A stretch of DNA of 64,000 nucleotides from Syntrophales bacterium (GCA_963662405.2 CAXXKT010000001.1:1408001-1472000), one strand, 5' to 3'; counted from the first letter of the stretch, positions 1 to 8,960 are shown. Notes: generated from the letters alone by a model not told the origin. Program-made: numbers and translations.

Positions 1-237
1 TTGTTTGCGGGTCCCCTTATCAAGCAGCTTTTTATAGCTTATACCGATGATCTCATCTTTGGAACGGCTGCTCCAGTCAAGAGAGGCCTTGTTGGCGAAA
101 GTAACATTCCCCGCAAGGTCATATTCTACGTAACAGTCCGGCATTGCATCGAGCATCTGTCGATATGCCTCTTGGGATTCTTTGAGGGCTGCTTCAATCC
201 TCTGGCGTTCATCGAATTCGTGGTTACCTTCCTTCAT
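1..237 (-). CDS. PAS-domain sensor protein, N-terminal part (runs off the window)
   Basis: Not in the ORF track. Manual translation from ATG 237: MKEGNHEFDERQRIEAALKESQEAYRQMLDAMPDCYVEYDLAGNVTFANKA..., a typical 'E..L.ES...YR.L.D..PD' PAS S-box start. GAAGGGGG RBS upstream. Confidence 0.75.
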   Translation of the reverse strand, partial: MKEGNHEFDERQRIEAALKESQEAYRQMLDAMPDCYVEYDLAGNVTFANKASLDWSSRSKDEIIGISYKKLLDKGTRKQ

Positions 238-433
238 GCACGTTTCCCCCTTCTTCATTGTTCAGTGCACCGCAACATAAGAAAAGCAATCGGTATGGAC
301 ATGCATCTTTGAATGGTAATGGTTTATTACAGCGGGAAGGACCATTAGTCAAGGGAATGCCGCGTATGCGCTATTTTCCCCTTGCCGGGAAGAATGCCGG
401 CGGCTATGATGCGCCGGTACGGTGAATGATGGG

Positions 434-832
434 ATGATCCAGACTATCTTTGACGTAACGATTGTGGAAGCGGGTGTTGTCGGGCTCGCCGTGGCGGAAG
501 AACTCGCCGGCCGGGTCAGATTCGGGCCGGACACGGAATATGTGACCAATTGAGCATATGCCGTTGACGAAACGAAGAGGAACTCCTTCTGGGAGTCCGT
601 GAAACGATATATGCTTGGCGTGCGAAGGGAACAGCTTCACCCCGACACGAGCGGGATACGGCCGAAACTCCAGGGACCGAGCGAGCTCTACCGGGACTTT
701 GTGATCACCGAAGAAAGCAGCCGCGGCTTTCCCGGCCTGATCAACCTGATCGGGATAGAATCCCCCGGTCTGACATCGTGCGTGCCCATAGCGCGGTATG
801 TCGCACAACTTGCCGGGGCAGTGTTGCACTGA
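434..832 (+). pseudogene. Internally deleted NAD(P)/FAD-dependent oxidoreductase (L-2-hydroxyglutarate oxidase/LhgO-like) pseudogene
   Basis: One frame reads MIQTIFDVTIVEAGVVGLAVAEELAG (degenerate GxGxxG, first G is E), then jumps to C-terminal motifs RFGPD, SGIRPKL and GIESPGLTS. In-frame TGA at 551-553. Confidence 0.75.
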
Positions 833-937
833 TTGTTCAAGGTCTTCTGTTTGCATTGATTTCATGCCGAAGAAAGTGTTTAATCAGACAATCATAACTC
901 CCCGTTTCCTGGGAGACCCCAAAGAGGAGGTGTGATC

Positions 938-2353
938 ATGTCCGGAACCGATGAGTTGGCCTTTCTCGATGCCACGGCACAGGCGGAACTGGTGCGCACA
1001 AAGGAAGTTCACCCCCGTCAACTGGTCGATGCGGCCATCGAGCGCATCGAACGGATAAATCCGGCTCTGAACGCGGTGGTGACCCCCCTGTTCGATCTGG
1101 CGCGTGATCTGGCGCGGGGCACTCTGCCGGATGGCCCCTTTTCCGGGGTGCCCTTTCTTCTCAAGGACCTGCTGGCCTCCTGTGCGGGAGTCCGCATGAC
1201 CTTCGGATCGAAGCTTCTGCAGGATTTTATCCCCGATCATGACAGCGAGCTGGTTTCCCGGTATAAACGGGCGGGATTCATCATCTTGGGAAAGACGAAC
1301 ACCCCTGAGTTCGGTATCCTCCCCACCACGGAGCCGGCCCTTCACGGCCCGTGCCGTAATCCATGGGATACGGGACGGACCACCGGCGGTTCCAGCGGCG
1401 GTTCGGCCGCGGCCGTCGCCGCTGGTATGGTGCCGGCGGCGCACGGGAATGATGGGGGTGGTTCCATCCGTATCCCGGCGTCGTGTTGCGGCCTCTTCGG
1501 ACTGAAACCGACCAGGGGGAGAAATCCCCTCGGCCCCGACTTTGGCGATCTCATGAGCGGCCTTGTTGCCGAGCACGTCCTCACGCGCTCGGTCAGGGAC
1601 AGCGCGGCGATCCTCGATGCGACGGCGGGACCGGGTGTCGGTGATCCCTACTGGGCGCCGCCCAAAGAGCGCCCCTTTGCGCAGGAGGTCGGCGCCCCCG
1701 CCGGACGGCTTCGGATCGGCTTCACCACGGGAACAGATGCCGGGATGCCGATCCACGACGACTGCATCAGGGCGGTTCAGGAAGCCGCGGCGCTCTGCTC
1801 GGATCTGGGCCATGATGTCGAGGAGAGTGCGCCGTCGATAAACAGGGATCAGGTGACAGAGGCCTTTGTCGTTCTCTGGTCGGCGGGAATCGCGGCAACG
1901 ATAAAGGCGCTCGGCGTTCGGAAAGGTCAGGTCGAGCCGCTCACCTGGGCGCTTGCCGAGATGGGATTGCACTACGATGCCGCTGATTATCTCAACGCCG
2001 TGCTGACGATACAGCGCCTGGCCCGGGACATCGCTTCCTTCTTCACAGAGTATGATATCTTCCTCACGCCGACACTCGCCGAGCCGCCCGTGCCGCTGGG
2101 GACCTTCGATTCCCCACCGGACGATCCACTCAGGGGCTTTATCCGGGCGGGGACGTTTGTGCCCTTCACCCCTGTCTGTAACGCGACGGGACAGCCGGCG
2201 ATGTCCGTTCCCCTCTTCTGGAATGATGACAACGTCCCGGTGGGGACCCATTTTGTCGGACGGTTCGGGGACGAAGCGACCCTCTTTCGTCTCGCGGCAC
2301 AGCTCGAAGAAGCACGCCCCTGGGCCGGGAGACGCCCGCCCATATCGGCATGA
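938..2353 (+). CDS. Amidase (amidase signature family)
   Basis: [31 protein letters not shown] and [10 protein letters not shown] motifs. GAGGAGG RBS. Confidence 0.93.
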   Translation: MSGTDELAFLDATAQAELVRTKEVHPRQLVDAAIERIERINPALNAVVTPLFDLARDLARGTLPDGPFSGVPFLLKDLLASCAGVRMTFGSKLLQDFIPDHDSELVSRYKRAGFIILGKTNTPEFGILPTTEPALHGPCRNPWDTGRTTGGSSGGSAAAVAAGMVPAAHGNDGGGSIRIPASCCGLFGLKPTRGRNPLGPDFGDLMSGLVAEHVLTRSVRDSAAILDATAGPGVGDPYWAPPKERPFAQEVGAPAGRLRIGFTTGTDAGMPIHDDCIRAVQEAAALCSDLGHDVEESAPSINRDQVTEAFVVLWSAGIAATIKALGVRKGQVEPLTWALAEMGLHYDAADYLNAVLTIQRLARDIASFFTEYDIFLTPTLAEPPVPLGTFDSPPDDPLRGFIRAGTFVPFTPVCNATGQPAMSVPLFWNDDNVPVGTHFVGRFGDEATLFRLAAQLEEARPWAGRRPPISA

Positions 2354-2379
2354 AGACGCGGTGAGAGGACTTGTGTCGT

Positions 2380-3405
2380 TCAGGAGAAGTGCGGTCTCAC
2401 CCCTTCGGCCACGTACTCCGGGCTTCGGATGGACATGAAGGTGTCACCTAGGAGGGTCGCGTTGGCCCCGTCGGAGATGTCGATGTAGGGGATCGGCCCG
2501 CGCTGGATGATCCGGGCCTGGGTCCGGAAGCTGTCATCCCCCTCCAGCCCCGAATAGAGGAAGAAATTGAAGCTGTAATAATACTGCTCGGCCATGTAGG
2601 CAAAGAGACGGGTCAGCCCCTCCGCCAGATCCCGGAGGTCGCTGTCCGCGAGTGATATGATCGTTGCTCTTCGCTGAAACACCACCCGGATGTCCATCTG
2701 GAACGAACGCGGGACGAAGCTGGTCATCCAGACCGTCTGTCCGATCTCGCCGATGTATCGCGCTCCCCGTTTTTTTTCTTCCCGAATGAGCTCGTCCCAG
2801 TAGGAGGTACCCTCTTTCCGGAAGAACCGTTTCGAGCTTGCCAGCAGCTTCTTGTGATAGGCGAGGGGAAAAGGCCCGGCAAAGGGCTGTTGATGAGGGT
2901 GAATCTGGCTGGCATTGGCGGGGGGGAAATAGTTCCACATGATCCCGCAGTACTTCGCCTTTGGATCGTACGCACTGACGGTCTTCAGATATTCCCGGGA
3001 GGCCCGGAAGGCGTCCGTGAGCATCGGTACCGTAAAAGAGGAAAGCCCCACATAGTGTTCCCGGGAGATCACCGTGACCGCGCCATACTGATTATAGGGG
3101 TAGAGGTTGGGAAAGACTCGCGCCTCTCCCGCCTGTATGTGACCTTCTTCCCGAAAGGCGGGGATGAATCGAGGGGTTGTCTCCTCCACTGCGCCGGGGC
3201 AGAAGGGGCACCTCTCACGTGACTTTTCGATCAACGATGTCAGATCGGGGGCGGGGGGATTGGGGTATCGCAGGTCCCTCACCATTCCCATCTCTCCGGT
3301 CAAGGGGTCGATCCGGTATTCAATCCCCCGCTCTTTATCCGCGAAGCCATCGGTCGGGTCGAGGAATCGAGCCGTTACCTTCTTGATTGTGAAGTCGATT
3401 GCCAT
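2380..3405 (-). CDS. GalT/HIT-like nucleotidyltransferase (galactose-1-phosphate uridylyltransferase-like)
   Basis: CPFCPG, RVFPNLYP and ASQIHPHQQ (HxHxQ) motifs. GGAGGT RBS before ATG 3405. Confidence 0.8.
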   Translation of the reverse strand: MAIDFTIKKVTARFLDPTDGFADKERGIEYRIDPLTGEMGMVRDLRYPNPPAPDLTSLIEKSRERCPFCPGAVEETTPRFIPAFREEGHIQAGEARVFPNLYPYNQYGAVTVISREHYVGLSSFTVPMLTDAFRASREYLKTVSAYDPKAKYCGIMWNYFPPANASQIHPHQQPFAGPFPLAYHKKLLASSKRFFRKEGTSYWDELIREEKKRGARYIGEIGQTVWMTSFVPRSFQMDIRVVFQRRATIISLADSDLRDLAEGLTRLFAYMAEQYYYSFNFFLYSGLEGDDSFRTQARIIQRGPIPYIDISDGANATLLGDTFMSIRSPEYVAEGVRPHFS

Positions 3406-3548
3406 ACATGCACCTCCGTCGCGAGGGCACGATAGCACAAAAAGGGCCCGCATTGCCACAACGAGCTGTGACAAGCGATTCTTTTGTAACGATGAAAGGT
3501 TTCTATGATAAAAAGGGTGAAAGTTCAGGCGGGAAAGGAGGCGCCTCC

Positions 3549-3860
3549 ATGGGAAAATGCAGGATTACGGTATTGGAAACCCAATTTAACGAAAAGCTTG
3601 CCAGGGAGTACGGGGTTGCCGGCATTGACCCCTGTCCTTTCCACAAAGTCGGCGATGTATTCGTGGCGGGATACGCGAAGCCCGAAGGCTTCTGCGACGA
3701 AGCATGGAAAGCAATCCAGCATTATGTCTTCGCCCTGGTACACGGAACAACGGGGACGTTTTTCGGCGATCGATGGGTCCGGCAGGAAGGCGTCTCCATC
3801 AATAGCTGTAATGACGGGCTCCGCCCCGTCATTTTCAAGCTGGAGCGGATGAACGAGTGA
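3549..3860 (+). CDS. TIGR04076 family protein
   Basis: KCRITVL...CPFHKVGD...PEGFCDEAW...SCNDGLRPVIFKLER pattern. AAGGAGG RBS. Confidence 0.8.
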   Translation: MGKCRITVLETQFNEKLAREYGVAGIDPCPFHKVGDVFVAGYAKPEGFCDEAWKAIQHYVFALVHGTTGTFFGDRWVRQEGVSINSCNDGLRPVIFKLERMNE

Positions 3861-3886
3861 GATACCCCTTGCAGGAGGGCTGAGCT

Positions 3887-4462
3887 ATGAAAATCCTCAA
3901 CGTGTACGGAAGCATGGTCGATGGCTCCAGCGCCGCCATCGCCACCCGGTTTCTCGAAAAAGCCGGCCTTCTCTGTGCGCAGATTGAAAGCTTTACGCTC
4001 GGAGGCCTGCAGATCAACGGGTGCAAACGGTGCTTGTCCTGCAAAACCACAACCGACCGGTGCGCTATCCGGGACGATATCACCACGATATTTGACATCC
4101 TCGTTACCTGTGATGTCCTCGTCCTCTCCACGGGGGTCTATGAGGGAGATGTCACGGGGAATCTGTACCTCTTCGAATCGCGGCTGTTTTCATTCCTGAA
4201 GCCGGACTTCGAGACACGCCCTGACCCGTCACGGCTCCCCCCCCCCCCCCGCAAGATACTCGTATTCATCCAGACGCAGGGTGGCGTGAAAGAGTGGCAT
4301 GCCGACATCTACCAGCGGTACGAGTCGCTCTTCTGGAGGCTCGGGTTCGGCGAAGTCTTTGTCATTCAGGCGGACTGCGTCGACCATCCCTATGACATCG
4401 GCGACGATGTCATGAACCGGGCGGAAGAGATCGCCGCGTCGGTCATCGAGCTGGCTAACTGA
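3887..4462 (+). CDS. Flavodoxin-family iron-sulfur flavoprotein (NADPH-dependent FMN reductase-like)
   Basis: MKILNVYGS start and GCKRCLSCKTTTDRCAIRDD (CxxCxxC-x6-C) motif. Contains a C14 tract at 4237-4250. Confidence 0.8.
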   Translation: MKILNVYGSMVDGSSAAIATRFLEKAGLLCAQIESFTLGGLQINGCKRCLSCKTTTDRCAIRDDITTIFDILVTCDVLVLSTGVYEGDVTGNLYLFESRLFSFLKPDFETRPDPSRLPPPPRKILVFIQTQGGVKEWHADIYQRYESLFWRLGFGEVFVIQADCVDHPYDIGDDVMNRAEEIAASVIELAN

Positions 4463-4673
4463 CCCCGTGCCCCAAATGTCTGCTTGATTTCTTTTATCAA
4501 TTATGAGAGGTTGCAAAACGATGTAACGAAATTTGTCTTGGGTGATCATACCCGGCCCCACTGTATACGAATTACTGAACAGAAGAATCGATCCGTCCCT
4601 TTTACGGTTTGAAGCAAGGGACTGGTAGCGGGATTTTTTGGTTAAAAAATACGACCTGTGAAGGAGCCAGCCC

Positions 4674-5981
4674 ATGCACGCGTACATTGACGAGTATAAG
4701 CGCAAGTTGACCGCCCCTGCGGACGCCGTCGCGTCGATCAAGAGCGGTGATACCCTGATCCACGGCATGACCATCGCCGAGCCTCCGGCCCTCCTCGCCG
4801 CCCTTGCCGACAGGGCGGAGGCGGGGGAACTGCGGGACATCAAGGTCTATTCCTTCAACCCCCTCAAGTATGTGACCGAAACGATCTGCCGGCCGGACCT
4901 GAGCGATGTCATCGAGTCATATTCATGGTTTGTCAGCGGCCATTCACGGGGATTGGTCTCGGTCGGGCTGACGCAGTACATCCCCGTCTACTTCCATCAG
5001 GTCCCGCGGCTGATCCGGGAAGAGATGACCGTCGATGTCACCATCACCACCGTTTCGCCCATGGACCGGTCCGGGTTCTTCAGCTTCGGGACCAACAACG
5101 ACTATACGTCGGTGGCGTCCAAGGCGAGCAAGAAAGTCATCGTTGAAGTGAACGAACACATGCCCCGTGTCTTCGGGAGCGGAATGATCCACATCTCCGA
5201 CGTTGACGCCATCGTGGAAAACACCGTCCCGCTGCTTGAATTGCCGCCGCCACCGCCGAAACCGGAAGACGCCCTGATCGGGAAACATATCGCCGAGGTT
5301 ATCCCCGACGGCGCCGTCCTGCAGCTGGGGATCGGGAATGTCCCCAACGGTGTCACTCCCTACCTGACCGGGCATAAAGACTTGGGTATCCATACCGAAC
5401 TCATCGGCCCCGGAATGGTGGACCTCATCAGGCAGGGGGTGATTACGGGACGCAGGAAGAATTTACACGCGGAAAAACATGTCTACACCTGCGCATACGG
5501 GACACAAGACACCTATGATTTCATGAACGACAACCCGAGCATGGCGAGTTATCCCTCTTCCTACGTCCTGGACCCGGCCGTAATCAGCAGAAACGACAAT
5601 ATGGTTTCCATCAACGCGATCCTGGAGGTCGACCTTTTCGGGCAGTGCAACGCGGAATCGCTCGACCAATCCCAGTTCAGCGGTGTGGGCGGGCAACTTG
5701 ATTTCGTGCGGGGGGCATGTAATTCCAAAGGTGGTAAATCCATATTGGCATGCTACTCCACGGCCAAAAAGGGGCAGTTCTCGCGGATTGTTTCCCGTCT
5801 CCCGGAGGGGACGATGGTGACGACGCCCCGGATGGATACCGACTACCTGTGCACGGAGTATGGCCTCGTCAAGATCCAGGGGAAAACCACTCGTGAACGG
5901 GCCCTGGCCATCATCAGTATCGCCCACCCCTCCTTCAGAGACGACCTGCTGCGGGAGGCCGAGAGCATGATGCTCTTATAA
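4674..5981 (+). CDS. Acetyl-CoA hydrolase/transferase (4-hydroxybutyrate CoA-transferase-like)
   Basis: SPMDRSGFFSFG, LQLGIG, DLGIHTE, SGVGGQLDFVRGA and TEYG motifs. Confidence 0.92.
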   Translation: MHAYIDEYKRKLTAPADAVASIKSGDTLIHGMTIAEPPALLAALADRAEAGELRDIKVYSFNPLKYVTETICRPDLSDVIESYSWFVSGHSRGLVSVGLTQYIPVYFHQVPRLIREEMTVDVTITTVSPMDRSGFFSFGTNNDYTSVASKASKKVIVEVNEHMPRVFGSGMIHISDVDAIVENTVPLLELPPPPPKPEDALIGKHIAEVIPDGAVLQLGIGNVPNGVTPYLTGHKDLGIHTELIGPGMVDLIRQGVITGRRKNLHAEKHVYTCAYGTQDTYDFMNDNPSMASYPSSYVLDPAVISRNDNMVSINAILEVDLFGQCNAESLDQSQFSGVGGQLDFVRGACNSKGGKSILACYSTAKKGQFSRIVSRLPEGTMVTTPRMDTDYLCTEYGLVKIQGKTTRERALAIISIAHPSFRDDLLREAESMMLL

Positions 5982-6053
5982 GTGATGTCGGCACTTCGGA
6001 TAAGGGAAAGATGAAATGGAAATATTAAAGAGAACTCTCTGAAATCGGGAACT

Positions 6054-6084
6054 TATAAAAAATGGGCGCTGTCCCCATTTAATG
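6054..6084. repeat. 31-bp palindromic (REP-like) direct repeat, copy 1
   Basis: TATAAAAAATGGGCGCTGTCCCCATTTAATG, identical to 7327-7357. Internal AAATGGG...CCCATTT inverted arms. Confidence 0.9.
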
Positions 6085-6225
6085 TTAATGGTATTTTGTC
6101 AAGAAATTTTGCTGTAAGGCAATAGGTAGTCAGCAGAAGCTGGTGTTGCTCACTCAAAAAAGGAAAAGCCTTGCCGTTGTGACTTTTTGGTGTTAAGGCT
6201 ACATAACAACAGGGGAGGTGATAAT

Positions 6226-6459
6226 ATGGGATCGGCAGCAATACGGGCCACGGTGTACCTGGACCCGGAATTACATAGAGCTCTTCGTCTGAAGGCGGTT
6301 GAAACATCCCAGTCCTTGTCGAAATTAGTGAATGATGCCATCAAAGAATCCCTGGCTGAAGACGCTGAAGATATTGCAGCCTTTGAGGAAAGAATAAGAG
6401 AGCCCTTAATCAGCTACGAAACGATGATCAAGAGGCTGAAAAAAGATGGCAGAATATGA
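6226..6459 (+). CDS. Antitoxin, CopG/ribbon-helix-helix type
   Basis: RATVYLDPELHRALRLKA...SLSKLVNDAI RHH pattern and acidic C-terminal half. GGAGGTG RBS. Overlaps the toxin start. Confidence 0.85.
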   Translation: MGSAAIRATVYLDPELHRALRLKAVETSQSLSKLVNDAIKESLAEDAEDIAAFEERIREPLISYETMIKRLKKDGRI

Positions 6460-6703
6460 GATTTGTTTCAAAGAGTCCGTTGAAAAAGACTTCCGTGCAA
6501 TCCCCAAAAAAGATTTAAGAAAGATTCTCGATCGCATTGAGGCGCTTTCTCAAGATCCGAGACCACCGGGCCACGAAAAGCTTACAGGGCAAGAGAGATA
6601 TCGTGTTCGCCAGGGGCTGTACCGGATCATCTATTCCATTCAGGATAAAGAGCTTACAATCTGGGTAATAAAGGTAGGACATCGAAAAGATGTTTATCGA
6701 TGA
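6446..6703 (+). CDS. Type II toxin, RelE/ParE family
   Basis: 85 aa with KLTGQERYRVRQGLYRIIYSI...VIKVGHRKDVYR, the RelE signature. Confidence 0.92.
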   Translation: MAEYEICFKESVEKDFRAIPKKDLRKILDRIEALSQDPRPPGHEKLTGQERYRVRQGLYRIIYSIQDKELTIWVIKVGHRKDVYR

Positions 6704-6745
6704 CCCGAACAGGTCAATCTTCTATCCGGGAAAGGAGGAACGGTC

Positions 6746-7225
6746 ATGATAAAGCAGAAAGTCTACAAAGCTGTTCTTTATATTGTTGTGATCACGATGG
6801 GGGTCTTTTGGGGGGGCGGCGCGTCGTTCGCGGGAAATGACGAGGCTGCCATCGATAGCGTCCGCCTTGCCTTTAACGCCGCCTACAACGCGGGCGATGC
6901 AAAGGCAATGGCCGCGCTCATTGACCGAGACGCCATCTGGATGCCGCCGACGGGGGAGAAGGCGATTGTCGGGGCGGACCGGATCGTCGCCCGTTATGAG
7001 GCCTTTTTCGGCAAGACGCGTTCCACGTTCGAGTTGAAGGCCGGTACCATTGAGGTATGTGGCGGGTGTGCCTATCTCAGCGGTGAATGGCAGCGGTCGG
7101 ACACCGTCAGCGCGGGAGGAACGGCCACGCCTCACGGCGGTTTCTATCTCATGGTGTTCAAGAAACAGCCGGACGGGAGCTGGAAGATCGCCCAGGATAT
7201 CTGGAACGACGGGATCAAACCCTGA
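6746..7225 (+). CDS. Exported NTF2-like/DUF4440 (SnoaL-like) protein
   Basis: Signal-peptide-like N-terminus; AAYNAGDA...DAIWMPP...YLMVFKKQPDGSWKIAQDIWN. AAGGAGG RBS. Confidence 0.82.
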   Translation: MIKQKVYKAVLYIVVITMGVFWGGGASFAGNDEAAIDSVRLAFNAAYNAGDAKAMAALIDRDAIWMPPTGEKAIVGADRIVARYEAFFGKTRSTFELKAGTIEVCGGCAYLSGEWQRSDTVSAGGTATPHGGFYLMVFKKQPDGSWKIAQDIWNDGIKP

Positions 7226-7326
7226 ATTTCACTTGGCCGTCATTTTTGAAAGGATATTGATAAAAGATTGTGCAGTTAATTTGTATACGAGCAGGCCTAA
7301 AATAGGGTAACTCTCCAATGAGCATG

Positions 7327-7357
7327 TATAAAAAATGGGCGCTGTCCCCATTTAATG
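7327..7357. repeat. 31-bp palindromic (REP-like) direct repeat, copy 2
   Basis: Identical to 6054-6084. Confidence 0.9.
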
Positions 7358-7462
7358 CCGAGTTATTTTTGATAGATAGGGAACTAAATAAGATGCAAGT
7401 ATCTCATCCTTTAACTTTGACCAAGTACGTTTTGACGAAAAGAAGTTATAGGTTGCTTTCAT
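7352..7462 (-). pseudogene. 5' stub of a three-Cys-motif partner (TcmP-like) gene
   Basis: MKATYNFFSSKRTWSKLKDEILASYLVPYLSKITRH* resembles the 'FF..KR.WS..KD..L..YL.PY..KI' N-terminus of TcmP-type proteins (from memory). The stop codon is supplied by repeat copy 2. Confidence 0.55.
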
Positions 7463-7562
7463 ATTTCTATAGCAGAACGGTGTTTGGTTGGTTCTATACA
7501 AAAATTCAATTTGTCTATGCTTGAAGTCAATAAGGAGGTCTAAATGTTATCTTAGGTTACGC

Positions 7563-7712
7563 AAAAAAAGCCCCATCTCTCTTTTTAAGAAACAGGGCTT
7601 TAGATGATCAGACCATAATCCCCCCCCGGTTACAGCTGCTCAAAAGCATAGATAATACGTTCAAGATCAATAATGTACTAAACCACTAACTCCATCATGA
7701 TATATTGTCAAG
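7563..7712 (-). promoter_or_regulatory. Possible attenuator-like leader (promoter, short ORF, terminator)
   Basis: On the minus strand: TTGACA, a short ORF ...LNVLSMLLSSCNRGGIMV*, then hairpin AAGCCCTGTTTCT...AGAGATGGGGCTT with a T-tract. Confidence 0.35.
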
Positions 7713-7793
7713 AGATTTTACCGTGAGACTTTCAATCAGTAATCATCGATTTTCTTCAGGAATTATCCTGAGCAGTTGTAGATACCGTTCTTG

Positions 7794-8762
7794 TCAAGCG
7801 AAAGCTGGTTTATAATTTGGGTCATACTTTTTGCCGGATTTCAGGATTCCAAAGATAAGGTGCACCAGCTTCCTCATTATCGCACAGACAATCACTTTCC
7901 CGTTTTTTCCTTTCTCTTTAAGGCGATTATAAAAAGCAATCATAACGGGATTACATTGGATCGATACCAGTGCCGGCATATACAGAGCTTTTCTGAGCCG
8001 CGCATGTCCGATTTTGCATAACCTGGGTTTGCCTTTAATAGATGATCCTGAAAGTGTTTCCCGTGGCGCAAGCCCGATGAACGCCACCAGTTCCCGCACA
8101 TGACTGAATTTGTCCAGATCATCCAATTCTGCCAGGATGTGAGGAATGGTTGCCGTGCCGATACCTGGAATGGAAGCCAAGAGCCCTTTCTTGTTTTTCA
8201 GGTTCGGATCCCGATCAATTAGATCAGCAATCTGTTCCCTGATTTTCTCTATTTCCTTATCAAGATAGTTAATGTGTTCTCTGATCAATGGAATAACTGA
8301 TTCATGAGCTGCACTTATTCGATTCTTCTCCTGACTTCGCATGTTGATCAGACTGTCAACTCGCCTGACCAACGCCCTCAGGGCTCTGATCTCCGGTGAG
8401 GGTGGACTCCAGGGATCTGGTCTCATAGCCAGACAGAATCTGGCAATCAAGGCTGCATCAATCTTATCCGTCTTGGTGCGAATCAACTCGCTCTGGCCAA
8501 ACCCTTTGATGCGAGCGGGATTGACAACACTGACCACATGGCCGGTTTCATGGAGATAGATCGCCAATTCCTCTCCATAGTTGCCGGTCGCCTCAAGGCA
8601 GGCATGTACCTTATGAACTCCCTGTCTCTCCAGCCAGATCGTCAGTGTCTCAAAACCTTCCACCGTATTTTTGCAGGTTTTGTGTTTTGTCTTCCCCTCT
8701 ACAAGAAGTGCAACGTCGAATTTCTGTTTTGCGATATCTATCCCAAGAACCGATACTGACAT
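7794..8762 (-). CDS. IS110 family recombinase/transposase (DEDD RuvC-like + Tnp domain)
   Basis: GIDIAK, CLEATG, KTDKIDA, SIPGIG, AFIGLAP...SGSS, LRKALYMPA and AIMRKL motifs. 322 aa, intact. Confidence 0.96.
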   Translation of the reverse strand: MSVSVLGIDIAKQKFDVALLVEGKTKHKTCKNTVEGFETLTIWLERQGVHKVHACLEATGNYGEELAIYLHETGHVVSVVNPARIKGFGQSELIRTKTDKIDAALIARFCLAMRPDPWSPPSPEIRALRALVRRVDSLINMRSQEKNRISAAHESVIPLIREHINYLDKEIEKIREQIADLIDRDPNLKNKKGLLASIPGIGTATIPHILAELDDLDKFSHVRELVAFIGLAPRETLSGSSIKGKPRLCKIGHARLRKALYMPALVSIQCNPVMIAFYNRLKEKGKNGKVIVCAIMRKLVHLIFGILKSGKKYDPNYKPAFA

Positions 8763-8805
8763 ACTACAATACTCCCTCGTACATTAATCTAATCTCCAGT
8801 AAAAT

Positions 8806-8960
8806 AGCTTCGTTCGAATCAACCTTGCAAGTGCAAACTCATTCCCATCTGAGAAGGTTTATGATACCGTACGAGTTATTGAACAAAGCTGTGGGAAGAG
8901 GATCTACTCTACAAATCATGCTCTCTGGCATCAGGTGAAACACAGATTCACTCTCCCCAT
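8806..8960 (-). ncRNA. IS110 bridge RNA (target-binding and donor-binding loops); true 5' end may extend toward ~8995
   Basis: Stem 8951-8959/8892-8900 encloses GTTTCACCT (8933-8941) and TTTGTAG (8909-8915). Stem 8881-8890/8806-8815 encloses ACGGTATC (8863-8870) and GCAAG (8824-8828). These match the target and donor junctions of the element. Confidence 0.85.

Noticed and set aside
551..553. In-frame TGA as selenocysteine
   Set aside because: It does not appear to be at a Cys-equivalent position, and the gene is otherwise deleted and degenerate. The hdr and mvhD genes also use Cys with no in-frame TGA.
1385..1410. Nucleotide similarity between the amidase and gatA (~53452-53476)
   Set aside because: It reflects the conserved amidase-signature motif [10 protein letters not shown], not a DNA repeat.
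6054..7357. CRISPR array or integron attC interpretation of the 31-bp repeats
   Set aside because: There are only two copies 1.27 kb apart, no cas or intI gene, and no clear RYYYAAC/GTTRRRY ends.
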